Source of the DNA: an uncultured archaeon
Lineage (GTDB): Archaea; Nanohalarchaeota; Nanosalinia; Nanosalinales; Nanosalinaceae
Direction of reading: 5' to 3'
Assembly (NCBI GenBank): GCA_964421955.1
Contig: CAYQYU010000004.1
Coordinates: 1-64,000 of the forward strand
Length of the DNA stretch: 64,000 nt
Each line of letters begins with the position of its first letter. Positions within the stretch are counted from its first letter, which is position 1. Below are positions 27,991-37,105 of this stretch, one piece after another. A program made the position numbers and the translations under genes. The notes under the pieces were generated by a model that was given only the letters and a program-made list of their open reading frames with translations, did no database searches and had not been told where the DNA came from.

Positions 27991-29403
27991 ATCGTAGTCG
28001 GAGACATCTCAACGGGAGCTGACCTCGTGGTCATCGGCGCAGGGCCAGGAGGCTACACCGCCGCTTTGAGAGCGGCGCAGGAAGGACTCGATGTCGTGCT
28101 CGTTGACAGGGAAAAAGTCGGGGGCGTCTGTCTCAACCATGGATGCATCCCCGCAAAAGCTTTGATTCACTCCGCGAAGTACCAGGCCGATCTCGAGCAC
28201 TGGGACGAGATAGGCATCCACACAGGAGAAATCGAGGTGGACTTCTCCGGGATACAGGACTGGAAGTCAGGGGTGATAGAGAAGCTTACCTCCGGCATAG
28301 AGCAGTTGCTTGAAGCTAATGGAGTCGAATTCATAAAAGGGACCGCGAGGTTCCAGGACTCGAACACTGTGAGAGTCGAAGAAGAGCACAACGCGGAGAA
28401 CATAGAGTTCGAGAATGCGATCATCGCGACAGGCTCCCGGCCCATCGAAATACCGGGGTTCGAGTTCGATAACGAGCGAGTCATCTCTTCCAGGGAACTC
28501 CTGCAACTGGAAGAGGTGCCTGAGGAAATAGTCGTTATCGGCGGCGGATACATCGGCATGGAGGCAGTCACAAAGTTCTGCAAATTTGGCTCCACAGTCA
28601 AAGTTCTGGAGGCGCAGGAACAGGTTCTCCCGCGCTTCGACGGCGAGATAGTTGATGCTCTCAAGGAGACCAGCGCCTGCTACGAGGATGAAATCTACAC
28701 GAATGCGGAGGCAAAAGAGCTGCAGCAGGAAGATGAGAAGGCAGTTGTCGTGGCACACCAGGGAGAAGAAGAGATTGAGCTTGAGGGAGATTACGTTCTC
28801 GTGGCCGTAGGCAGAACGCCAGAGCCGACTCTGGAATCTCTCAATCTTGAGAACACAGATGTTGAACTCGACGAGGAGGGCTTTGTGAAAACAGACGAGA
28901 AAATGGAGACCACTGATGAACACATTTACGCGATCGGGGATGTCGCAGGTCAACCTTTACTGGCCCACAAGGCCTACCGGGAAGGCAAGGTCGCGGCAGA
29001 AGTCATAGCGGGAAATCCCGGGGCCTTGGACAACCAGTACATACCGAAGGTTATCTACACCGATCCCGAGATAGCAGCAGTCGGGATGACACGGGAGGAG
29101 GCGCGGGAAGAACATGAAGAGATTCTGGTCGGCAAGTTCCCGTTCTCTGCCTCCGGGAGAGCTTTGACAACCAACCACTCCTCGGGATTTGTCAGGGTAA
29201 TAGCCTCCGGCGACGAAGAGCTTCTGGGGGTCCAGATAGTGGGTGCTCGGGCGTCCGACATGATTGCCGAGGCCACTCTGGCGCTCGAGATGCAGGCCTA
29301 TCTCGACGATATCGCGAATACGATTCATGCGCATCCAACGTTTCCCGAGGCTTTCCAGGAAGCCTGTGAGGACGCAAAAGATGAATCCGTCCACACCTCA
29401 TGA
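27991..29403 (+). CDS. lpdA: Dihydrolipoamide dehydrogenase E3 (probable ATC start)
   Basis: GAGPGG, GGVCLNHGCIP, HAHPTFPE; the conserved VVGDISTG N-terminus lies upstream of the first GTG. Confidence 0.93.
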   Translation: MVVGDISTGADLVVIGAGPGGYTAALRAAQEGLDVVLVDREKVGGVCLNHGCIPAKALIHSAKYQADLEHWDEIGIHTGEIEVDFSGIQDWKSGVIEKLTSGIEQLLEANGVEFIKGTARFQDSNTVRVEEEHNAENIEFENAIIATGSRPIEIPGFEFDNERVISSRELLQLEEVPEEIVVIGGGYIGMEAVTKFCKFGSTVKVLEAQEQVLPRFDGEIVDALKETSACYEDEIYTNAEAKELQQEDEKAVVVAHQGEEEIELEGDYVLVAVGRTPEPTLESLNLENTDVELDEEGFVKTDEKMETTDEHIYAIGDVAGQPLLAHKAYREGKVAAEVIAGNPGALDNQYIPKVIYTDPEIAAVGMTREEAREEHEEILVGKFPFSASGRALTTNHSSGFVRVIASGDEELLGVQIVGARASDMIAEATLALEMQAYLDDIANTIHAHPTFPEAFQEACEDAKDESVHTS

Positions 29404-29463
29404 GAACTCCTGATCTTAGCCCTATTCCCTTCTAATTTAAACGGAGATTCCAAAGTTCAAGCT

Positions 29464-32148
29464 GTGAAATGGTACTCCGGCAGTCTTGAGGAAGTGTTCA
29501 GCCAGCTCTCCAGTTCAGAAGAAGGGCTTGAGCAGAAAGAGGTGGACCAGAGGCTTGAAGAACACGGCGAGAACGTTATAGAGTCGGGAAAGGAGATCTC
29601 TCCGATAAAGATATTTCTGTCCCAGTTCCACGACTTCCTGATCTATCTCCTCATAATCGCGGCCCTGGTTTCCCTGGGCGTAGGCTTCCTACCCGGGCAT
29701 TCGCCGGAGTACACTGACGCGATCCTGATATTCATAATCCTGCTGGCGAACGGAGTGTTCGGCTTTGTCCAGGACTACAAGGCCGAGAAGTCCATAGAGG
29801 CGCTTAAAGAGATGTCAACGCCTAACGCCACGGTAATGAGGGATGGCGAAAAGCGGGAGATAGACTCTACACAGGTGGTGCCCGGCGACATAATATTTCT
29901 TGAGCAGGGGGACGCAGTCCCGGCGGATGCCCGGATAATCGAAGAAGAGAACCTGGATACCAACGAATCCTCTCTTACAGGAGAGTCCGCCTCCGTCTCG
30001 AAGTCCCCCGGCACTCTAGAAGAAGGAACATCACTCGCGGAGCGGACCAACATGGTCTACATGAACACTACAGTTGTCAGGGGGCGTGCAAAGGCCGTTG
30101 TCGTCGGCACGGGTATGGATACCCAGGTCGGGGATATCGCGACAGAAATCCAGGAGGCGGACGAGAAGAAGACGCCTTTCCAGAAAGAAGTCGACGAGCT
30201 CGGCAGGAAGATCGGATACGGTATAACCGCGATAATATTTTTCGTTGGCGTGACCCAGTTCTCGTTTACAACCGCCTCTCCAGTCTCTATACTTCTTGTT
30301 GCGATAACTCTTGCAGTTGCCGCAGTTCCCGAAGGTCTGCCCGCGGTGGTCACACTCACGCTCGCGATGGGATCAAAAAAAATGCTGAAAAAGGATGCGC
30401 TCGTCCGTCGGCTACCTGTGGTGGAATCGCTCGGAAGCGTCAATGTTATCGTGACCGACAAAACGGGAACTCTCACTGAAGATACAATGACTGTCGAGAA
30501 GCTCTACTTTTCGGGCGAAGAGTTCGAGGTCACGGGCAAGGGGACCGACCCCGAAGGCGAGTTCCTGCAGGACGGTCAGGAAGTCGGCGGGGACCGGATA
30601 AAACCTCTACTGGAGTGCGGCATGATATGCAACAATGCGGAAAAAGCTCCCGGAGACGAAGAAACAGACTTCTACGGAGATCCAACCGAGGTCGCACTGA
30701 TAGTTTCCGCAAAGAAGGCTGGACTGGAAAATGAAAGTGAACGCATAAACAGCGTGCCGTTCTCGTCCGACAGGAAGAGGATGACTGTTGTAACCGAGGA
30801 TCACGTGGCGTACATGAAGGGTGCACCCGAAACCGTCATAGACCGCTGCGGAAAAGTTCTAATCGATGGAGAGGAGAGGGAACTCACGGATGAGCTGCGC
30901 CAGGAGATACTCGACAAAAATACAGAATTCGCATCCCAGGCCCTAAGAGTCCTTGGCTTCGCCAGGAAGAATGTCAAAGACACGGAGGCCGAGGCCGATG
31001 ATCTCGAGTCCAACATGGTATTCCTCGGACTACAGGGAATGATCGATCCCGCACGTGAAGAGGTCAAGGAGGCTGTCGAAGACGCACGCACCGCAGGAAT
31101 AAGGGTAGTTATGGCCACGGGCGATAATGTCGAGACTGCCTGTGCGATAGGTGAGAAGATAGGCTTTAACCCAGAGGGTGCGATGACCGGCAGAGAGCTG
31201 GAAGAGCTGTCTGATAAAGAGTTAAGCGAAAAGGTCGAGGAGGTCGAGGTCTTTGCCCGGGTCTCGCCTGAGCACAAGGTCAGGATACTTAATGCGCTGC
31301 AGGAGAACGGTCACAGCGTGGCGATGACAGGAGATGGCGTAAACGATGCCCCTGCACTGAAGAACTCGGATGTAGGCATAGCCATGGGTCAGAGAGGTAC
31401 GGATGTCGCAAAACAGTCGTCTGACATGGTGCTCCGGGACGATAACTTTGTTACGATAAGAGATGCTATCGCGGAGGGGCGCGGGATATTCGACAACATC
31501 AGGAAGTTCGTGAACTACCTTTTGAGCGCTAATGCTGGCGAGGTACTCGCAGTTTTCCTTGGCGTCCTTATCGGCAGCTTCCTGTTCCCCGAGACATTCA
31601 ATACGGGCGCAGAGGCTCTCATACTCACTCCTGTGATGCTTCTCTGGATCAATCTGGTTACCGATGGTTTGCCCGCACTGGCTCTGGGCACCGATCCCAA
31701 GTCGGAGGGGATCATGGAGCGCCCTCCCCGGGGCAACGACGAACCGGTCATCAACGGAAGGATGATGGCATCTATACTGGGCATGGGTATTATCATGACG
31801 GTGACAGGACTGCCTATCTTCTTCAAGGCGGTATCAGCAGGAAGCCTGGTCAAGGCCCAGACTCTGCTTTTCACCTTCCTGGTCGCGGTTGAAATAGTCC
31901 GGATACAGACCATCCGCCAGCGGTACAATCAGTCGATCCTGTCGAACAACTGGCTGGTTGCGGCGCTTGCATCCTCACTTGTGCTGCAGCTTGCGGTGCT
32001 CTACACACCCCTCAGCAACTACTTCAAAACCTACCCGCTGACGCTTGAAGGCTGGCTCTGGATCTCTGTCTCTGTCCTAGCTTTCATAGTGTTAACTCTA
32101 GGCATGACCCGGATTTTCGACCGCTACTTCGAATCTCGACAGCTTTAA
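29464..32148 (+). CDS. P-type ATPase, type IIA (Ca2+-like)
   Basis: TGES, PEGLP, DKTGTLT, KGAPE, TGDGVNDAPALK, WINLVTDG. Confidence 0.95.
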   Translation: MKWYSGSLEEVFSQLSSSEEGLEQKEVDQRLEEHGENVIESGKEISPIKIFLSQFHDFLIYLLIIAALVSLGVGFLPGHSPEYTDAILIFIILLANGVFGFVQDYKAEKSIEALKEMSTPNATVMRDGEKREIDSTQVVPGDIIFLEQGDAVPADARIIEEENLDTNESSLTGESASVSKSPGTLEEGTSLAERTNMVYMNTTVVRGRAKAVVVGTGMDTQVGDIATEIQEADEKKTPFQKEVDELGRKIGYGITAIIFFVGVTQFSFTTASPVSILLVAITLAVAAVPEGLPAVVTLTLAMGSKKMLKKDALVRRLPVVESLGSVNVIVTDKTGTLTEDTMTVEKLYFSGEEFEVTGKGTDPEGEFLQDGQEVGGDRIKPLLECGMICNNAEKAPGDEETDFYGDPTEVALIVSAKKAGLENESERINSVPFSSDRKRMTVVTEDHVAYMKGAPETVIDRCGKVLIDGEERELTDELRQEILDKNTEFASQALRVLGFARKNVKDTEAEADDLESNMVFLGLQGMIDPAREEVKEAVEDARTAGIRVVMATGDNVETACAIGEKIGFNPEGAMTGRELEELSDKELSEKVEEVEVFARVSPEHKVRILNALQENGHSVAMTGDGVNDAPALKNSDVGIAMGQRGTDVAKQSSDMVLRDDNFVTIRDAIAEGRGIFDNIRKFVNYLLSANAGEVLAVFLGVLIGSFLFPETFNTGAEALILTPVMLLWINLVTDGLPALALGTDPKSEGIMERPPRGNDEPVINGRMMASILGMGIIMTVTGLPIFFKAVSAGSLVKAQTLLFTFLVAVEIVRIQTIRQRYNQSILSNNWLVAALASSLVLQLAVLYTPLSNYFKTYPLTLEGWLWISVSVLAFIVLTLGMTRIFDRYFESRQL

Positions 32149-32174
32149 TAACAGGCGCAACTCAGTTAGGTTAC

Positions 32175-32342
32175 ATGAGTCTTTTAGGCAGTAGCGGCGA
32201 CGAGTGCTATGTCTGCGGGAAAGACGTGGACAGCGATGACTGCATAGAGTTCGACGGAAAGAAGTTCTGCTGTGAGAAATGCAAGGAGCACTACGAGGAC
32301 GAGGAGAAGCAGGACGAGAAAGAGATCTGCGAGTTCTGTTAG
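32175..32342 (+). CDS. 55-aa TRASH/YHS-like Cys-rich metal-binding protein (not in ORF track)
   Basis: MSLLGSSGDECYVCGK...KKFCCEKCKEHY...EICEFC. Confidence 0.85.
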   Translation: MSLLGSSGDECYVCGKDVDSDDCIEFDGKKFCCEKCKEHYEDEEKQDEKEICEFC

Positions 32343-32345
32343 ACC

Positions 32346-33239
32346 ATGAACGTCGTAAGGAGAATCATATACGGTTTCGTAATAGCAGCGGTTTTCACGG
32401 CGGCAGCTGTTGCGATGATCCCAGACTACAACCTCGTTCAGCACGTTGTTCCGCTGATTGGTGCGGGAACAATTGTCACCTTTGCGCTCGCGGCGCTGTC
32501 CTTCCACCAGGATGGAGAACTTACCCTGCACGACAAGAACGTGCTGATGAACGGCTTTCTTCTCGCGGTACTGATACCATCATTCTACACCGCCGGGGCA
32601 TTCATGCACGAGAGCCAGACCTCATGGAGCAATGGAGAAATCCACTGGCACGCCGACTACGAAGTATTCATCGAAGAAAACGGCGAGATCAGGGAACTCG
32701 ACCTTATTGATCCTTCGGAGTTCTGTGAGACCGCAACTGACCAGACAAGGGTAATGTGCAAGCTCAACGACCGTACAGGACTCAAGGAGTACCACGAGCA
32801 CAACGATGACAGGATACACCTGGAGGGAACTTTCAAGACGATGGAAGCGGCCTCACTGAGGTCCTTCTTCCAAACCTTCAACGGCGATCTCACAAACGAT
32901 AGAATTGTCTATCCCACCAACGATGGCGTGGTTGAGAGACAGAACAACGGCGGAACTGTAAAGATACTCGTAAGAAAGGGCGTGGCTGGCAACCGCTACT
33001 GGTGCGCTATCGGGGAAGAAGTTCCCGAAGAAGACAGGTGCGAGAATCCGCACACAGGTCAGCCCGCAAACTCGCCGTCCGAATACGTCATCTCACCCTA
33101 TAGCAGAGGACCAACTCTCGATGACATTTTCGTGGTATACGACTCAAACACCGTCGAACAGGCGCTCCAAGATGTGAGAGAAGACGGAGAGTACAGAGGA
33201 TACGGCCTCACCAAGGAGGGAACCGGATATGGAGGCTGA
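32346..33239 (+). CDS. Membrane-anchored protein with His-rich extracellular domain
   Basis: Three TMs then HWHADY and HEHNDDRIH motifs, four Cys. Confidence 0.8.
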   Translation: MNVVRRIIYGFVIAAVFTAAAVAMIPDYNLVQHVVPLIGAGTIVTFALAALSFHQDGELTLHDKNVLMNGFLLAVLIPSFYTAGAFMHESQTSWSNGEIHWHADYEVFIEENGEIRELDLIDPSEFCETATDQTRVMCKLNDRTGLKEYHEHNDDRIHLEGTFKTMEAASLRSFFQTFNGDLTNDRIVYPTNDGVVERQNNGGTVKILVRKGVAGNRYWCAIGEEVPEEDRCENPHTGQPANSPSEYVISPYSRGPTLDDIFVVYDSNTVEQALQDVREDGEYRGYGLTKEGTGYGG

Positions 33240-33245
33240 TGGATT

Positions 33246-33977
33246 ATGGCTGTAGAGGCAGCACTTCCCACCCTGGGCGCGGTGCTGGTTACCGCGGCCG
33301 TCGACTCGATCAATCCCTGTGCTATAGGGGTCGCACTGCTCCTGGTCGCAACGCTCGTTAAACAGGACCGCAGGAAAGACATACTCAAGGTCGGCATCAT
33401 TTATGTCACCGCAGTCTACGTGACCTACCTGCTCGCAGGCCTGGGGATCATATACGCGCTGGGATCTGTGGATACCCAGATCGCGAACTACGTCACAGTG
33501 TTTGTCTCACTTGTCGTGATCTCTGGAGGCCTGATAGAGATAAAGGATTTCTTCTGGTACGGCAAGGGCTCCTCGCTGATGATACCCGAGGAGTACTCCC
33601 AGAAGATCGCTGAGAGAATGGAAGACGTTACCACCCCCGCAGCGGTGCTGCTCGGAATTTTTGTGGCCGCGGTTGAGCTGCCGTGTACCGGAGGACCCTA
33701 CCTGGCGATACTTACCGTCATACAGCAGACACTGGTCGAGCCGTCGACAGGATTCCCTATGATCGCATTACTGCTTATGATGCTCTACAACCTGATCTTC
33801 GTGATGCCGCTGATCGCTATAGTAGTGCTTTCCTACGCAGGAACCTACAAGGTATCGGAGATGAAGAAATGGAAACACATGAACAAGTCCAGGATGAGAA
33901 TGACCGCGGGACTCCTGATGGTGTTCCTCGGGTGGGTGCTGCTCCTCCTGGCAACAGGAGTAGTGAGGTTCGGTTGA
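33246..33977 (+). CDS. CcdA-like (cytochrome c biogenesis/GAP-type) membrane protein
   Basis: DSINPCA and ELPCTGGPY motifs, about 6 TMs. Confidence 0.85.
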   Translation: MAVEAALPTLGAVLVTAAVDSINPCAIGVALLLVATLVKQDRRKDILKVGIIYVTAVYVTYLLAGLGIIYALGSVDTQIANYVTVFVSLVVISGGLIEIKDFFWYGKGSSLMIPEEYSQKIAERMEDVTTPAAVLLGIFVAAVELPCTGGPYLAILTVIQQTLVEPSTGFPMIALLLMMLYNLIFVMPLIAIVVLSYAGTYKVSEMKKWKHMNKSRMRMTAGLLMVFLGWVLLLLATGVVRFG

Positions 33978-33979
33978 CG

Positions 33980-34258
33980 ATGGCCGGTCCGGTAGTCAAC
34001 AGAGATGGTGCAAAGGAAGAGTTCGACGAGGGCAAGATCTGGAACTCGATCTTCTATGCCTGTAGAGAATCAGAGTACCCTGAAGAGGAAGCAGTCGAGA
34101 TCGCTGACAGGGTCAAAAAACGTGTGATTGAATGGATGGAGCACCACGAGGACTGCTTCGTCACCACACGAGAAATCCGTAGACGTGTTATAGAGGAACT
34201 TGAGGAGGAAGATGAGGATGTCTCTTTCATGTACGAGACTCATCTTGATCTGAGCTAG
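33980..34258 (+). CDS. Stand-alone ATP-cone domain protein
   Basis: VVNRDGAKEEFDEGKI..SI..A ... TTREIR..V...L; start reassigned to ATG 33980. Confidence 0.85.
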   Translation: MAGPVVNRDGAKEEFDEGKIWNSIFYACRESEYPEEEAVEIADRVKKRVIEWMEHHEDCFVTTREIRRRVIEELEEEDEDVSFMYETHLDLS

Positions 34259-34496
34259 TGCTTTCATTCCTGTATATACTTAAGGCGTAGACCGCCAGAA
34301 CTGCTATGACTAATGTTTCCAGTATAACCGCCCAGACCATTACTGGAGAATAGCTTCCGTATAGGCTGGAAAACCCGTCTTCATTTCCCTCTTCAACACT
34401 GCTTTCTACACTATCATTATGGCCTACATGGGCCATGGAAGCAGAACTCAACAACAGCATCAGGATTACCAACACAGATTTGCGAAACCACAGCAT
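34227..34496 (-). CDS. Small secreted, C-terminally anchored protein (mature N-terminus HVGH)
   Basis: Signal-peptide-like segment ending SSASMA, acidic linker, C-terminal TM. Confidence 0.6.
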   Translation of the reverse strand: MLWFRKSVLVILMLLLSSASMAHVGHNDSVESSVEEGNEDGFSSLYGSYSPVMVWAVILETLVIAVLAVYALSIYRNESTSSDQDESRT

Positions 34497-34573
34497 TCTA
34501 CAGAGTCGTTGTTCAGCCACGCTAAAATGGTTTTACTCGATCCATAAATAACTGGGAGCTCAAGAACAGAAAT

Positions 34574-35233
34574 ATGGAAACTGCAGAAATAGAGGAGGCC
34601 TACCAGGAACGCAGGAACGAGATCCAGGAGAGGCTGGAAGAGTTCCAGAAACTTCGGGACGAGGGCGATCCCCGGCTTTTCCGGGAACTCGTCTTCGTGA
34701 TACTGACCTCAAGAAGCGCGGCAAAAAAATCCTGGGAGGCCGCAGAGAAACTTGAGGAACTCGGGCTGCTGGAGAACGGCTCACGGAAAGAGATAGCCGA
34801 GGTACTTGAGAATCACGGTATCCAGTACGAGCGGGACAAGGCCGGCTACATTGTAAGTAATCGTGAGTCTCTCTCACAGCCAACCCTCCGGGACACCTCG
34901 GGGGAACTCAAGCTCAGCTCGAGAATCGATCCCGGAAACCTGGAGAAGACCCGGGAACAGCTGGTCGACAGCCTCCAGGGTGTAGGATGGAAGGGCGCAT
35001 CCCACTTTCTAAGAAATATCGGTTACGGCGGCGATTTCGCCATAACCTCGGCCTACATAATGAATAATCTCCACCAGCTAGAGATGGTGGAATCACCAGA
35101 ACCTCCTTCAGGAAAAGAAGAGTACCTGAAGTTCGAGAGGGAGTTCCGGAAACTTTCACAGCAACTCGGAATCGGCGTGCAGGAACTTGATCTGCTGCTC
35201 TGGTCGATGGAGACCGGTGAGGTATTCAGATAG
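34574..35233 (+). CDS. ogg: 8-oxoguanine glycosylase (Ogg2 family) homologue, atypical active site
   Basis: ELVFVILT, G.K.ASHFLRN.G, LDL.LW...TG.V. Confidence 0.8.
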   Translation: METAEIEEAYQERRNEIQERLEEFQKLRDEGDPRLFRELVFVILTSRSAAKKSWEAAEKLEELGLLENGSRKEIAEVLENHGIQYERDKAGYIVSNRESLSQPTLRDTSGELKLSSRIDPGNLEKTREQLVDSLQGVGWKGASHFLRNIGYGGDFAITSAYIMNNLHQLEMVESPEPPSGKEEYLKFEREFRKLSQQLGIGVQELDLLLWSMETGEVFR

Positions 35234-35570
35234 AATCCCTTTCGAGGGCGTAAGCCGGCGCAGGTTCATCTACATCGAAAATTCTCACATCTTTCTTGAT
35301 CGATCCTTCCTCTTCCAAGTATCTCAGCGCCTCAGAGAGGTGCCCTAAATCTTCCTCGAAGTACCTGTCGTCCTCCTCGAAGTGTTGACGTATATCCCGA
35401 TATCTCTGTGGGTTTGCGGAGTAACCTATCAGGTCTTCGATTTCACGCGCAAATTCTCTGACTCCCTCTTCAACTAGAGATTCTCTGGAACCGCTCCCGG
35501 AGTCAGCTGTTCTCAAAAAAGTGCTCATAGCAAACACAAGATTCGAAATAACTTTTTTAAATAAAACCAT
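35226..35570 (-). CDS. Hypothetical protein, possible wHTH (start uncertain)
   Basis: Acidic ORF; LSEALRYLEEEGSI pattern. Confidence 0.6.
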   Translation of the reverse strand: MVLFKKVISNLVFAMSTFLRTADSGSGSRESLVEEGVREFAREIEDLIGYSANPQRYRDIRQHFEEDDRYFEEDLGHLSEALRYLEEEGSIKKDVRIFDVDEPAPAYALERDSI

Positions 35571-35761
35571 CAGTCGCCAGTCATCTGCTTCATCTCCCTG
35601 AGACCGAAAGTCGTGATAGTCGCGGCTAACAGCGCCCCGAAAATTTCGTACATCCAGAAAGGCGCGGTTTCAGCAGCTAGAACAGGTACAAGTACAACAA
35701 GGGGCACCAGGAAGGCTATCTCCAGCTCCAGCAGACGCCGCAGAAAGCTGTCGATCTCCAT
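35570..35761 (-). CDS. Small two-TM membrane protein
   Basis: 63 aa hydrophobic. Confidence 0.65.
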   Translation of the reverse strand: MEIDSFLRRLLELEIAFLVPLVVLVPVLAAETAPFWMYEIFGALLAATITTFGLREMKQMTGD

Positions 35762-35793
35762 ACCTTATCATTTGATTCCCTGTTTTTGAAGGT

Positions 35794-37065
35794 CTATGCA
35801 AAGTCGTACTGGAAGTACCTGAACCGGACGTACAGGTAGACAAAGTAGAGCACGACCAGCAGGAAGGCTCCCGCCACTGATATTACGCGGTTCTCAGTCG
35901 ACTCCAGCCTCTCAGCTACAGGTTCCAGCCCGATAAACCTGAACGGCCTGGCGAGCGTGTCTCCTATCCTCTGCTTCGAGAACATGTACATAAGTAAGAC
36001 GCCCGCGGTTATTGTTTCCATTGGAAGATCCCAGAGCACGAGCGGGCGGGGAACCGCGTAAGTAGATATTACGGCTCCGGAACCTATAGCGAGCAGAGGA
36101 TTCGTAATATTGCTGCCGATCAGTGTCCCGAGGGAAACCCCGGCACTCCCATGCCTGAGGCCGGATATTGCGGTAATCATTTCTGGGAAGACAGAAACAA
36201 TACCTACAGAAGCAACACCTATCATCGACTGTGAAAGACCTGTCTGCTCGACCGCCAGCTCCACGACTCGGAGGAAAATCTCGGCGGAAACTATCACCAG
36301 TATCATGGCCGCTATGCCTATGAAGAGATCGAATAATGGTCTGGTAGAAGCTTTGACATCGCCCTGCTCCGCCAGCTCCTCCTTCCTGGTGGTGTAGAGA
36401 TAGTAAACGTAGGCCACAAAGCTGCCGACAAGAATCAGCCCGTCAAGCCGGGTAAGAGTGCCCGAAACGTTCAGGGCTCCTCCTGTCAGGAAGCTGACCA
36501 CGCCTTTCCAGTTCAGCGCGAGTATAAGCGTCATCAGCGTCGTCCCCATCATCGGAGCGTAATCCCGGATAAGGAACTTCCGGGAGAACCTGAAGCTGTG
36601 CCTGTCCGCGATAAAAGCAGAGGATATTATGACCAGACCAAGGACAAGTGTCTGCTGGACCACGTCGCTGCCGATGTTCGCTCCCAGGACCGCTCCAGAC
36701 TTGCCCAGGTAGACTTCAGTTGAACTGGAAGCCGCTGACGCGGTTATCGATCCCTTCTCAGCAAGCAGATTCACCGCAGTCCCAAAGTCGCCAACCAGGA
36801 GGTTGACGGGATCGACACCGAATACCTGGAGCGGGGCGCCCGAACTTGCCAATATGTTCACCGAGCCCACGAGATGTAGGGCCAGTTCAGGGAGAGAAGT
36901 ACCTATAGAAACAATAGTCATCGCGATAACGACCTCGGATATGCCGTAGTGTTTCGCCACACCCTCCATCTTCGAGACCACTATCTCGGCACCGAAAACC
37001 AAGAAGAATATGGACAGAACACCGATCAATACGTTGGCTACGAATCCCGTGAATCCGAGAACCAT
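35794..37065 (-). CDS. Na+/Ca2+ (CaCA) antiporter family
   Basis: Two alpha-repeats GTSLPEL...GANIGSD and SVFPEM...GTLIGSN. Confidence 0.9.
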   Translation of the reverse strand: MVLGFTGFVANVLIGVLSIFFLVFGAEIVVSKMEGVAKHYGISEVVIAMTIVSIGTSLPELALHLVGSVNILASSGAPLQVFGVDPVNLLVGDFGTAVNLLAEKGSITASAASSSTEVYLGKSGAVLGANIGSDVVQQTLVLGLVIISSAFIADRHSFRFSRKFLIRDYAPMMGTTLMTLILALNWKGVVSFLTGGALNVSGTLTRLDGLILVGSFVAYVYYLYTTRKEELAEQGDVKASTRPLFDLFIGIAAMILVIVSAEIFLRVVELAVEQTGLSQSMIGVASVGIVSVFPEMITAISGLRHGSAGVSLGTLIGSNITNPLLAIGSGAVISTYAVPRPLVLWDLPMETITAGVLLMYMFSKQRIGDTLARPFRFIGLEPVAERLESTENRVISVAGAFLLVVLYFVYLYVRFRYFQYDFA

Positions 37066-37105
37066 AACATTCTTTCGTCAACACGGCGTTAAAAACATGC
37101 TTTTT

